Positions 17,417-26,815 of a DNA stretch of 64,000 bases are shown piece by piece (the first letter of the stretch is position 1; every line of letters begins with the position of its first letter). The stretch is taken from the IMG/VR virus record IMGVR_UViG_3300037313_001959, one strand, 5' to 3'. The stretch is from a virus. Both the position numbers and the translations under genes were made by a program. Below the pieces are notes generated by a model. It was given only the letters and a program-made list of their open reading frames with translations. It was not told the origin of the DNA and searched no databases.

Positions 17417-17911
17417 TTATTGATCGAATGAATTAATGCTTTGCGTCGTGTTTGCCTGTTCCGCCTGTTCCGAGTGCGGGTTCACACTGTAGGTTCCATC
17501 TGGGTTTACTTGGATTGCTTGTTTAGTTATCAGACGTTGAAACGTATTTACAGCGGTTGCTCTTGTAATATCTGGATGGTGGGAGAGGAAGTCATGGATC
17601 GTTGCGGGACGTGGTAATGCTGTGACCATGTCAATCGCCAGCCGCTCCAGTGCATAGGCTGTCCTACGTCGCCGCGCTCCTCCGCCAGCGTGAACATTGG
17701 GTTTCTTCGCGTGCCTCGTGCGTGCTTTTGTTCGCACCTCCTCTGGAATCTCTTTTTGAGCGAGCGCATCAAAAGTTCCTGTCCTAAACGCGTCGACCAC
17801 TCGTTTTGCGCCTTCAGCAAAACCATCGTCGTAACCACGTTTGTATACCTGGGCGCGTGCCTCAACGATTTCATCGAGCAACGCCTGATCGATTTCAAGT
17901 TCGTTTGCCAT
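17417..17911 (-). CDS. Hypothetical protein, possible C-terminal winged HTH
   Basis: Basic linker followed by ATIHDFLSHHPDITRATAVNTFQRLITKQAIQVNPDGTYSV. Confidence 0.55.
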   Translation of the reverse strand: MANELEIDQALLDEIVEARAQVYKRGYDDGFAEGAKRVVDAFRTGTFDALAQKEIPEEVRTKARTRHAKKPNVHAGGGARRRRTAYALERLAIDMVTALPRPATIHDFLSHHPDITRATAVNTFQRLITKQAIQVNPDGTYSVNPHSEQAEQANTTQSINSFDQ

Positions 17912-18097
17912 AGCACGACGATACTAGTGGATTTTTATGCGATCAATTACCATGTGATACACATTTTTGTGTGCTATCCAGGATAGCTCAAGAAATATAT
18001 GGATGAATATGGAATTTGTTTGTATGGCTGCGGCACAGGTAATACTGTAAATATGAAAGGTAGGCAGAATTGCTATAACCTGGTGTAGGACAGGACA

Positions 18098-18349
18098 TTG
18101 AAGGGTATGTATTTTATACATCGCCGGCGCGTGCCAGAAGCTGCATTGCTTGAATGGCACAAGATCTGTATTGAAAGGCCACTACTCGAAGTTCAAATAG
18201 GTGAGCTGAAAGAATGGCTCAAAATTAATGCGGGCGATGAATGGGACTACAAGACGTTGGTAGATCACACCGATTTCCACCGTGTGGGACTAACATTCTA
18301 TGTGAAGAATGCAAAGGTGGCTATGCTGTTTAAACTCACATTTTGCTAG
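18098..18349 (+). CDS. Small FKL-motif family protein
   Basis: Ends FYVKNAKVAMLFKLTFC. Confidence 0.7.
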   Translation: MKGMYFIHRRRVPEAALLEWHKICIERPLLEVQIGELKEWLKINAGDEWDYKTLVDHTDFHRVGLTFYVKNAKVAMLFKLTFC

Positions 18350-18374
18350 GCGTCGCTAAGTAAAACAGCAACCA

Positions 18375-18596
18375 GTGGCTATATTAATGGATCATATACA
18401 GAATTGGAAACGTGTCCGCGTCGATTTGCGGCAAACAGACCGGAGCCCGATTAGCACATACCAGGAGACTTGTGCGTGGCTTAGCTTGCACGCAAAGGGC
18501 GAATGGTTGCATAGCTCAACAGCAACTGACCAGACAATCACTTATTTTATCAAAGATCCAGAACTGGCGATGTTGTTCAAATTAACCTGGGGGTGA
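18375..18596 (+). CDS. Small FKL-motif family protein
   Basis: Ends YFIKDPELAMLFKLTWG. Confidence 0.7.
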   Translation: MAILMDHIQNWKRVRVDLRQTDRSPISTYQETCAWLSLHAKGEWLHSSTATDQTITYFIKDPELAMLFKLTWG

Positions 18597-18597
18597 C

Positions 18598-18873
18598 ATG
18601 TATCGTGGTCCAATTATCGTTTTGGACACTACAGCACGCATGCCAAGAAAAAGGCGTGGGGTAACCCTGGTCTTCAACAATTTCTTCCATTTAGTGCAGC
18701 TACATAATAGCCACTTTGTCTTGTCAGCCGACGTATTGACTTGGCTTGATGAGAACCTAGGCGATGGTACCTGCAACTGCTTGCTGCTAGTTCGCAGGCC
18801 GCGGGCAAAACTGATCCTACAGTTCAGTTCCAAAAGGACGGCTGCGTTATTTAAGCTTATTTGGTTTGTTTAG
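18598..18873 (+). CDS. Small FKL-motif family protein
   Basis: Ends LQFSSKRTAALFKLIWFV. Confidence 0.7.
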   Translation: MYRGPIIVLDTTARMPRKRRGVTLVFNNFFHLVQLHNSHFVLSADVLTWLDENLGDGTCNCLLLVRRPRAKLILQFSSKRTAALFKLIWFV

Positions 18874-19282
18874 CGATGCCGCGGAGCCGCAGATACCCGT
18901 CGATTATTTCGACCTTACCGCCGAGAAATCTTACCATATCATCGGATATGCCATGAGTTGGTTTCACCGCATAGCCTTGTAGAATATACCACGCTTCAAC
19001 TGGCGTTAAGGGAAAGTCAGTGTTGAGCGGCCAGCTTGATTCATCCCGTGTAGCATCTATTAACGCAGATTTTACAACAGTCACATTAGTGTTGCCGGCG
19101 GTAGTGCGCTCTTGGCGTTTTTGCTCTGCAGCCCTTGCCGTGATCTCAGCGGAAATACTAGCAAGCACCCTTTCTAGATCAGTAGCGCCGGAAGCGTGCT
19201 TTAACGCTTCTCGCTGGACTATGAGGTTTACCAAACGATCGTGTTCACTATCTGACATGTCAATGACCATAGCTTTATGCAA
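18857..19282 (-). CDS. Hypothetical protein
   Basis: 141-aa ORF. Confidence 0.5.
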   Translation of the reverse strand: MHKAMVIDMSDSEHDRLVNLIVQREALKHASGATDLERVLASISAEITARAAEQKRQERTTAGNTNVTVVKSALIDATRDESSWPLNTDFPLTPVEAWYILQGYAVKPTHGISDDMVRFLGGKVEIIDGYLRLRGIAKQTK

Positions 19283-19742
19283 AGTATATGTTAAGGGCGC
19301 TAGTCCATTAAGTCAATAGCTTGTCAGCTTCTATGTTGGTTACTACGTTGCCCGATCAGTTTGTTTACTTGATACAAATGGACGCCAGCGCGTGCGCTGG
19401 CGTCCGGATATGTCGATTGACGCAGTGCTCGGTAGGGCGTCTTATGCCATACTATTCGACACCCCTATTGCCATGGGGGTCAAGTTTTGCAAGCATTTCC
19501 TTAAATCTCTGGAGGCTTTCAGCATCACCAAAAAATTCGACCGTGCCGTCGCTCTTTACCTGCAAGTTATCACTAAGCTCCCAAAGGATCGGAAAGATTT
19601 TATCGTCGTCGCTCATATATCCTCCTCTACAACGAGCATTCATTACCTACACGGTCCAAATATACCAGTCAAAGCTTTAGTAACAATCTGCGGGCGTTTT
19701 CACGCCTTCAGCATGCCACCTATACCACCGTTAGTTGTTTAG

Positions 19743-20789
19743 CTACATATTAGAAGACAGCTTCTCGCCAAATTTTTCGCCCAGTTTTTGCACGACGTCT
19801 TGGACAAGCTTTACTGGACTCCGCCGTGGCATGCCCATAAATGACGCGCTGACGTTGTTAAACTCCTCAGGCGAAATACTGGTCCACGATTTGACGTTCG
19901 CACTATACCAGGCATACATGCGCGCGAAGCCAAACCTCTTTTCAGCAGGCAAGTGCCAAATAGCCAAGTCCATGTCGTCGATTTGCACATTTATATCGGA
20001 GAAATGAGTCCAGATCCTACGGATGACGTGATTAGCAGTATAGGGTTGAATACCTCTCGCTTCGGCTAAGATGCTTAGAAAATGTGCCTCCTCTTTAATT
20101 GAATCTTGCAAATTTGCTTCATCAACTGCTTTCGCCCACAACGTGTCGAAATCCTGTGCTATATCCACGCAATATTGGTTATCAGCAGCAAAGAATTCTC
20201 CACCATGGTACTTCGGCAGGCGGTCAAGCCGGTGTTCAATCAGTGTTTCAACTACCTCTTTCATCCGATTATGGGTCATCCCATTCAATAGATTGCCAGG
20301 CTCATAACCTTTTTGGTCTTCACTACGTAGCGTGTATAGGAGGCACCTCTTGTTAAAAATTTCATCGCCAAAGCTGGATAATGGCTTGCGCCAGATGCAA
20401 TCTGAATCGGCTAGCACAAAACCTGCGGCAGGATCGTTATCTGCGAAGTGTTTGATTATATCCAATACGTAAAACTGGTTTCCCCATCGGCTAACCGTGC
20501 CTTTCGGCAGCCTGTAGTGAAGAGGGAAGGTTACCAGGTCGACATCTAAATCGGCGAGTATAGCTATTACATCGGCAGGAGCCGATGCATATACACTCTT
20601 ATTGCAGAAAAGGGCGTGCCTGTTCCTCGGATTGTGGATTCGACTGGACGCAAAAAATACTGCAAGGCAGTGCCAATAGACCTTTTGAAAAGCTTCAGTT
20701 GAAGAGTCTCGACCTGTAGAAGGAAATGCGGTTGCATCTTCCTTGTCATCGAGGACGATCCACGAGCTTATCAGTATATCGTCTACCAC
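19743..20789 (-). CDS. GT-A-fold glycosyltransferase-like protein
   Basis: FVLADSDCIW (DxD), YHGGEFF, EEAHFLS, IWHLPAEK; resembles GT8-like enzymes. Confidence 0.6.
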   Translation of the reverse strand: MVDDILISSWIVLDDKEDATAFPSTGRDSSTEAFQKVYWHCLAVFFASSRIHNPRNRHALFCNKSVYASAPADVIAILADLDVDLVTFPLHYRLPKGTVSRWGNQFYVLDIIKHFADNDPAAGFVLADSDCIWRKPLSSFGDEIFNKRCLLYTLRSEDQKGYEPGNLLNGMTHNRMKEVVETLIEHRLDRLPKYHGGEFFAADNQYCVDIAQDFDTLWAKAVDEANLQDSIKEEAHFLSILAEARGIQPYTANHVIRRIWTHFSDINVQIDDMDLAIWHLPAEKRFGFARMYAWYSANVKSWTSISPEEFNNVSASFMGMPRRSPVKLVQDVVQKLGEKFGEKLSSNM

Positions 20790-21197
20790 AATGTTCCTCT
20801 TTTGCTGTGTGGAAGCTATAAGACAACGTAACGCTCCCTACCATGTGGTCTCTGTAGTGACGCACTATGATTACAGCACGGGCAAAAGTCAAACGCTTGT
20901 CGTAATACACAAGAACATATTACTGTAGTGCCGCTTTCCACTTCTTACAGTTAATTATATTTAATGTGCTGATTTTGGGGCTCATTTATAGGTTGCACCT
21001 TACTACAACAGTCTGTGCGAGCGTGCGCTGTAAGAGCGGAAATGGTTGCACCACGTTAACCTGCAGCTATAATACTGCTGTAGCTTGCTTGTCGCTGTGT
21101 GTATACGTTGCGTTCCAAAAGGCATTTCGCGCTTGTCGAGACGTTCTTACGGAAAATTACTCCAGCGTCAGCAACATAAGGATACACAGCGCGTATT

Positions 21198-21923
21198 TTG
21201 CTGGTGGCGAACGCTATGGAGGCTGAGGTTCCTTGTATGTTTGTGCTAGTTACGCCAGAAAAGGTAAAGTTGTCGGTTAGAAAGTCGGCACAGTCGACAA
21301 TAAAGCCGTTCAGTAGCTTTGGCGGTCGAATAGTAACCTATACCGACAAGGGTGGCCATGCAGCAAAAAAGAATCCGATCGTGCTACAATTTTTACAGTC
21401 GTTCGACGTTGTTTTTGAGCGAACCTACCTTTATCGCTCTGATCTCCAAGCGGGTGAACTTGCAACTGCTAAACTGGCTATGCCACATGAATGCCACGTC
21501 TATGTTACATCTGCTGAGTTCGTCGACGGTGTTTTACCGCTCTTAGATCTGATGGTTTTAACCACCTCTGGTCGCGAAACCGTGCAGATGGATGTGTGGC
21601 TGCCATCAGAGGATACAGATAAACTTAAGCAGATTATTCATGCGCTGGCGAAACAAAACCTCGATGTAAAAGCTCTCATGACACTTACAGCAAAAATCTA
21701 TAACCAGAATGCCGCAAAAGTCCTCGCTGAGGCACAGCGCATGGAGAAGATTATGAGGCACAAGGACGACCGAGATTCTCACATAGTAATTTCACGCAAT
21801 TATATCGCCGTCCTGATTCGTTCAAGCTATATAACGCGGTGTATTAAGCGGTATTCAGCTACAGCTATGCACGAATTTGGAGACGATGCTGGGATCAGCG
21901 TTACACGACTGCAAGGAGTCTAA
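21198..21923 (+). CDS. Hypothetical protein
   Basis: 241-aa ORF. Confidence 0.6.
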   Translation: MLVANAMEAEVPCMFVLVTPEKVKLSVRKSAQSTIKPFSSFGGRIVTYTDKGGHAAKKNPIVLQFLQSFDVVFERTYLYRSDLQAGELATAKLAMPHECHVYVTSAEFVDGVLPLLDLMVLTTSGRETVQMDVWLPSEDTDKLKQIIHALAKQNLDVKALMTLTAKIYNQNAAKVLAEAQRMEKIMRHKDDRDSHIVISRNYIAVLIRSSYITRCIKRYSATAMHEFGDDAGISVTRLQGV

Positions 21924-22583
21924 ATGAACTGCTATTCACGTTTGCTATATGGTCTTGAAAGAAGGCGGATCAAACAAAGGTACATCTTGCCGGTTTTACA
22001 GTCACTCATAGATGTGCGGTTTGAAGGATTATTGCATATCACCGAACACAGTGACGCTGGCATGTGGGATATAGCTGGCATCCATTGGATCAATTGGATC
22101 CGGTTTTCCTACCGACTCCATCGCAGCCGTTTTATGTGGGAGCACCATTCAGAAATCGTAGTGACTGAATGGGTTTGCAGCACGCTGGCCCATAAGGTAG
22201 TGCGAATAATCAACAAGCGCCAGAATTATCGAGATGGTGACGATGACTATTGGTCCCCGGCTAATTTTGATCTGCTATTTCCGACGCTTGATGCGTGGAT
22301 TACTCAGCTCTACTCAGATTCTAATGTCCCAGTTGATGCCGTAATGCAGCGTGCCCGCAATGCTACGCCCGATTGTTTTTGGCACGATATCGAGACCGTA
22401 GATGTTCCACCACTGCTTCCGGCAGAAGCGATCCCAGACTTGGGTCCGCGCTATGGAAGTACTCTAAATTCATACCGGCACCTGACTCGAATACTCCAAG
22501 ACCGTCAGGTCGCCTATGCAACGCGACTTCTACCAAATCTATTGGAACACCACAATACTCCCAACCAAGCGGCTCACGGATAG
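21924..22583 (+). CDS. Hypothetical protein
   Basis: Starts immediately after the previous stop; its 3' end overlaps the convergent ORF. Confidence 0.45.
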   Translation: MNCYSRLLYGLERRRIKQRYILPVLQSLIDVRFEGLLHITEHSDAGMWDIAGIHWINWIRFSYRLHRSRFMWEHHSEIVVTEWVCSTLAHKVVRIINKRQNYRDGDDDYWSPANFDLLFPTLDAWITQLYSDSNVPVDAVMQRARNATPDCFWHDIETVDVPPLLPAEAIPDLGPRYGSTLNSYRHLTRILQDRQVAYATRLLPNLLEHHNTPNQAAHG

Positions 22584-22905
22584 TCGGGTCGATCACACGG
22601 TCCTTTGAATCAATAGCCCATGCATGATGCACCGGCACCATATATAACGCCTTGAGTGCTATGTAGCCTTCAACGTATCTCAGGCCCTTCGCTTTAGATA
22701 CGAGGCGATACGCATTATCAAAGCAGCGTTTTGGTGTGCGGTAGGCAAACCGCGTCGGCAATGCGCGCGGCTCATAATTTCGGCCATAACGTGCAACAAA
22801 TTCAAAGCCTATCCAGGCTCCCGGAGGCGCATTTAATTGGCGCAGTATTTCACTTTGTTCTTTCAATGCGTCTAACAGATTGGTCGCGGTGAGTGTGTCT
22901 GTCAT
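22363..22905 (-). CDS. Hypothetical protein with Cys/His motifs (papain/transglutaminase-like?)
   Basis: KRCFDNAY...YVEGY...HHAWAID...VIDPT...YCGV, suggestive of a Cys-His catalytic pair. Confidence 0.6.
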   Translation of the reverse strand: MTDTLTATNLLDALKEQSEILRQLNAPPGAWIGFEFVARYGRNYEPRALPTRFAYRTPKRCFDNAYRLVSKAKGLRYVEGYIALKALYMVPVHHAWAIDSKDRVIDPTIREPLGWEYCGVPIDLVEVALHRRPDGLGVFESGAGMNLEYFHSADPSLGSLLPEAVVEHLRSRYRAKNNRA

Positions 22906-22930
22906 ACCTGCTTATAGCACAGCCAGGTTA

Positions 22931-24412
22931 TCAATCAATAACTTCATTTGGTTGAAGGCGCCGTAGCAGTTTGCTCAACTGGGATATCAAGACATTGATT
23001 GATTGTGTAGCAGCCTGGATTTTAGCAGAGTCGCTTGCGGGTGAATTAAGGTATGGTGATGTTGTAAGTAACCATTGTTGTTCGACATTCGGCCTTTTAA
23101 ACCATGATTGGTCGACAGACTGATAGTAGATTACATGGTCATTGTAGTAAAGGAGGAGGGCCTGCGTTGTTGAGTTATCAACAACGCCATTAAAGGTTAC
23201 TTTGTTGTCCGAGGATAGGCCCCAATAATTACCGAGACTATCGACAATTACTTGTGTGGTTCCAGGATAAGCCACTGCGGCTTCAGGCGACTCCGCCGCT
23301 TTGACTACCGGCGCTGTTCCTTGTGCGTTCACATTCACAATGTTTTTGTCTCGCACTGTGACAGTGATAGCAGTAGCGTTTGAAACGCCTGGGTGGGCGA
23401 ACGAAAAAGCAGCATTCGTTATGGTAGAATTAGGAGGAAAATTATGCCACTCACCGAGGTTGTCCTGGTATTGCAGTTGTGGCGTGACTGTATAACCTAC
23501 TAAGCTACCACCTACCGGAAACTGCACATTAGCGGTAACCTCTGACGGCAATTGGATACTGCACGACTTGGCGACTGCTACACGGGGGTCTGTTACTTGG
23601 CGCCATACGTTGGATGTGTTCAATTTTGAAAAGAAGTTACCGGACGTATTTTGATAGTAAATCGTATGATTCCAATACAAAAGCATGGCTACATTTGCTG
23701 TGGTATTGTCGGTCACGCCATCGATTGTGACTTGCAACCCAAAAGACGAAGAAGACGTAAGATTAAATGCAGTAAGGTCCTCAGAGTAAATCGAATCACT
23801 ATCAGGCGCGGTAAGAAAGGCACCTTGGTTAGATTCGCGCAGCACAATCGATATATCGAACGGACTTGATGTCCCCTGAACACTAGGAAAGTCGCCATCC
23901 CGCACTGTTATTGTATTGCCAGAACGTGCCGCCATGCCTGGATGCGAGAAGGTAAATCCAGTTGACGACACGATTGAATTTTGCGGAAGTGCATTCCAAG
24001 AGCCAGCGTTGTCACGGAATTCCAATGGAGGGCTGTAGTCATAGCCGTCAAGCTGTCCTTGCACCTCAAAGCTAGCTTGTTCAGGATATGGACCGCCTAT
24101 GTTATCCACGGTAATGGTCTTTGGATCTGTCGGCGCAACTACAGCGAACGTTGCCGAGTTAACTTGGGTCGATATGTCATTTGCGTCACGAATTGAGACA
24201 ATTGCTGAAGGATTAGCGCGTAGGCCTGGATGCAAGAAGCTAAAAGCATTGGCGGTTACCGTAGAATTTGATGGAAGGTTGTTCCACAAATTGGCGCCGT
24301 CCGAATATTGAAGCATCGGCGCACCACTATAACCCGATAGCAAACCAGAAATAGTGAAGCTCTGGTTGGTAGATACCTCCGAAATGGCATTTAATGTGAT
24401 AGTGCCGGGCAT
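22931..24412 (-). CDS. Modular beta-rich repeat protein (3 Ig-like and 2 aromatic repeats), coupled to the amylase gene
   Basis: Three copies of ...G.L.GY...P.L.Y.D..G.W..LP.NS.....FSF.HPG and two copies of DG..DN.T....LLY.N..IYYQ; the start overlaps the amylase stop. Confidence 0.75.
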   Translation of the reverse strand: MPGTITLNAISEVSTNQSFTISGLLSGYSGAPMLQYSDGANLWNNLPSNSTVTANAFSFLHPGLRANPSAIVSIRDANDISTQVNSATFAVVAPTDPKTITVDNIGGPYPEQASFEVQGQLDGYDYSPPLEFRDNAGSWNALPQNSIVSSTGFTFSHPGMAARSGNTITVRDGDFPSVQGTSSPFDISIVLRESNQGAFLTAPDSDSIYSEDLTAFNLTSSSSFGLQVTIDGVTDNTTANVAMLLYWNHTIYYQNTSGNFFSKLNTSNVWRQVTDPRVAVAKSCSIQLPSEVTANVQFPVGGSLVGYTVTPQLQYQDNLGEWHNFPPNSTITNAAFSFAHPGVSNATAITVTVRDKNIVNVNAQGTAPVVKAAESPEAAVAYPGTTQVIVDSLGNYWGLSSDNKVTFNGVVDNSTTQALLLYYNDHVIYYQSVDQSWFKRPNVEQQWLLTTSPYLNSPASDSAKIQAATQSINVLISQLSKLLRRLQPNEVID

Positions 24413-26301
24413 TATTCTCTACTCTGTCGTGTAATTCGCTCATGCCGCCAATTTGCAAGCGCCGCTGTCCTCTCTTCAATCGCCTTCTCGAGCTGGATGT
24501 CAGGCTGTGCTGAATATCTTCGAGCAGCTGGTGATGGCAGAGGAGGCACAAACTTGAAGGTTTTCGGCGCAGTATAAGTTACTTTGAAATAAAACGATGA
24601 ACCAGTAGCTGGCAGCTCATTGCCAGAAATAACCAGAAGGTGCCAACCTTCCTCCTCTGTTCTCCCGTTTCCAGATGACTGCGTTGTTCCGTAGCTCAAC
24701 ACGTTGCTGCAGATTGTTGAGTTTGAGTCACGTATCCGCCATGTTGCACTGCTGGTGTCATCCCAGCCAGTCTGATCAATCGACACAGTTGCGGAAACAG
24801 CGCTGTTTGCAGCGCACCAGATTCGGCCAAATATTACTTCTCTATTTGTCGCTGGTGCAATATCGAGGTCGGGCGCTCCATAAAAAATCTGAGTTGTTGC
24901 CCGTGACGGCCTTGTGTCCGCTGGTTCATAAACGCCAGCGCGGCTCCAACAACAATACCCGAAGCCGTTCGCGCCTGGTGGGATTGCGAAGGTAGCCCTT
25001 CCTTGCCAATCTGTCCACGTGTCATTAGCGTTATGCCCGGTATAATCATGTAGTTGAACATTTGGCCCAAAATTTGTCTGGACATTGACAAATTTCCATT
25101 CTGGATTAAAGAAATCATTGTTGAGGCAGCAAATGAGGCCTGGCTGTCCTGTGCGTTCGAAAATCCAAACCTTAGCGTCGGTGTATCTCGTCGTTGTTGG
25201 TCCATATGCCAATTTGTTGGCAATCCACATGAGGTTATCGATGTATTTTTTTAGTCCGTAGCATGATGGTTCATTCAAATAATCACGGATATAGACGCAA
25301 GGAAGGCCCTCGCTGCACAGCATAGCCGCGTACGCTAGGGTTTTATTGTTAACTATAGTAGCAAAGCCGTTGGTGTCAGAATCGAGGCTCTCAACCCACG
25401 TAACAGCCTTCATAGGATTGCGGCGAAAAAATCCCCGGCCAGGCAGCCAGGACATTTGGAAATTACTTCCACCAGCCTCGCACATATCCTGCGCTATGTT
25501 GTAATGAAAATCAAAATCGGCCAACGACATCAAGCCATCGATCATGCCCTCGTACCACGCCAGATCGTTTGAATTTCCAGATGCGTATTCGCCGAAAAAC
25601 CATTTGCCCTTCATTGCTTTGGATGTCATCCATTCTTTCATAAATCCGATATTGATCCCCTTCATGTCGTCAAGGCGAGCGCCATCGGCATCCAATGTGG
25701 TGAAGAGCCAATCTCCAGCGTTGATAAGATTATTTTTTACGTAGTCTTTGGGAATGGAATTAATAGGACAAAGCTGGTCGCCAAACGGAAAGTCGTCCGG
25801 GGGTGAAGGCACTGAATCAACGGGCACACCATCGGGATTTGAATCGGTGATTCGGAAGCATTTTGGATCTTTTGGAAAACGACCGTTAGTTTTCCCTGTC
25901 GAACTGAGGTAGCGATACGTTGCGCGAGGCGCACCCATTCTTTGGTGCATCACGTGGTCAATTAGAACATTGATGCCATTCGCATGGCAGACTGCAATGG
26001 CACGACGCAATTGTTCAGCGTATCCAAATCTCGTCGGTATGCCGCCAAAATTTTGCGTGTTTTTACTGCCAATATCATAGTCATCAAAACAACCATAGCC
26101 ATCCGATCCCGGATACGGCCCACCAAAACACTTAAGCGGATTTGGAAACAAACAATCGGTAACGCCTAAAGAAGCCCAGTGGGCCGCATCTTGAGCGATC
26201 TTATCATACCACCAGGGGATTGTATTGTCTCCGTCAAACGGCGAAGGCACCGAGACATTATACTTTTGGCGGTAATTGGCCCACATCATAATTCGCGCCA
26301 C
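24412..26301 (-). CDS. GH13 alpha-amylase-family glycoside hydrolase
   Basis: GYGCFDDYDIG, TRFGYAEQLRRAIAVCHANGINVLIDHV, region II DGARLDDMKG, region III FFGEY, region IV WVESLDSD, GLPCVY; GTG start with GGAG SD. Confidence 0.9.
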   Translation of the reverse strand: MARIMMWANYRQKYNVSVPSPFDGDNTIPWWYDKIAQDAAHWASLGVTDCLFPNPLKCFGGPYPGSDGYGCFDDYDIGSKNTQNFGGIPTRFGYAEQLRRAIAVCHANGINVLIDHVMHQRMGAPRATYRYLSSTGKTNGRFPKDPKCFRITDSNPDGVPVDSVPSPPDDFPFGDQLCPINSIPKDYVKNNLINAGDWLFTTLDADGARLDDMKGINIGFMKEWMTSKAMKGKWFFGEYASGNSNDLAWYEGMIDGLMSLADFDFHYNIAQDMCEAGGSNFQMSWLPGRGFFRRNPMKAVTWVESLDSDTNGFATIVNNKTLAYAAMLCSEGLPCVYIRDYLNEPSCYGLKKYIDNLMWIANKLAYGPTTTRYTDAKVWIFERTGQPGLICCLNNDFFNPEWKFVNVQTNFGPNVQLHDYTGHNANDTWTDWQGRATFAIPPGANGFGYCCWSRAGVYEPADTRPSRATTQIFYGAPDLDIAPATNREVIFGRIWCAANSAVSATVSIDQTGWDDTSSATWRIRDSNSTICSNVLSYGTTQSSGNGRTEEEGWHLLVISGNELPATGSSFYFKVTYTAPKTFKFVPPLPSPAARRYSAQPDIQLEKAIEERTAALANWRHERITRQSRE

Positions 26302-26334
26302 AATAAATCTCCTGAAGTTTTGTGGAATCCGAAT

Positions 26335-26341
26335 TATTTAG
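26335..26341 (-). promoter_or_regulatory. CTAAATA late-promoter-like motif upstream of the amylase operon
   Basis: Exact heptamer in the intergenic gap, 34 nt before the start; resembles T4 late TATAAATA. Confidence 0.55.
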
Positions 26342-26369
26342 CTGGCTAAACCGGTAAACTGGTGTGCTG

Positions 26370-26714
26370 TCACAAACTAAACCTGGCACGCCAATACCAT
26401 ACGGCACAGGTTATGTCTGGGTCGATGCTTGGATGGAGGCTCGTCGCCCTAAGCGATAGTGTCATGCCGCCAACCTCGATAGCATTGCGCATGGTATCTT
26501 CGATTGCGCGTTGCTGTGTCGGGCTCATACGGCGGCTGCCCCGTAACTCTTGCATTGATTGGTTAATGCCTGAGCTACGGGCAACGATCCGGGCATAGGT
26601 TGCGCTGCATGCCCCACTGGTTCCTTCCATTGCTTCGGGGCCGTAGCGGAACAGGCCTACTGCACAGCCTATTATTACGACTGCGCCAACCACCGCCCGC
26701 GCTGGAGAGGTCAT
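26370..26714 (-). CDS. Small membrane/secreted protein
   Basis: N-terminal hydrophobic helix and two Cys. Confidence 0.5.
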   Translation of the reverse strand: MTSPARAVVGAVVIIGCAVGLFRYGPEAMEGTSGACSATYARIVARSSGINQSMQELRGSRRMSPTQQRAIEDTMRNAIEVGGMTLSLRATSLHPSIDPDITCAVWYWRARFSL

Positions 26715-26815
26715 ATGTGGTTCCCATGTCCAAGCAGACTACAACGCGTTGTTCCATGGGTCAACTACGCCACATTGAGCCAACTGATCAAACTTTTTCG
26801 ACCGCTGTGTAGCTG

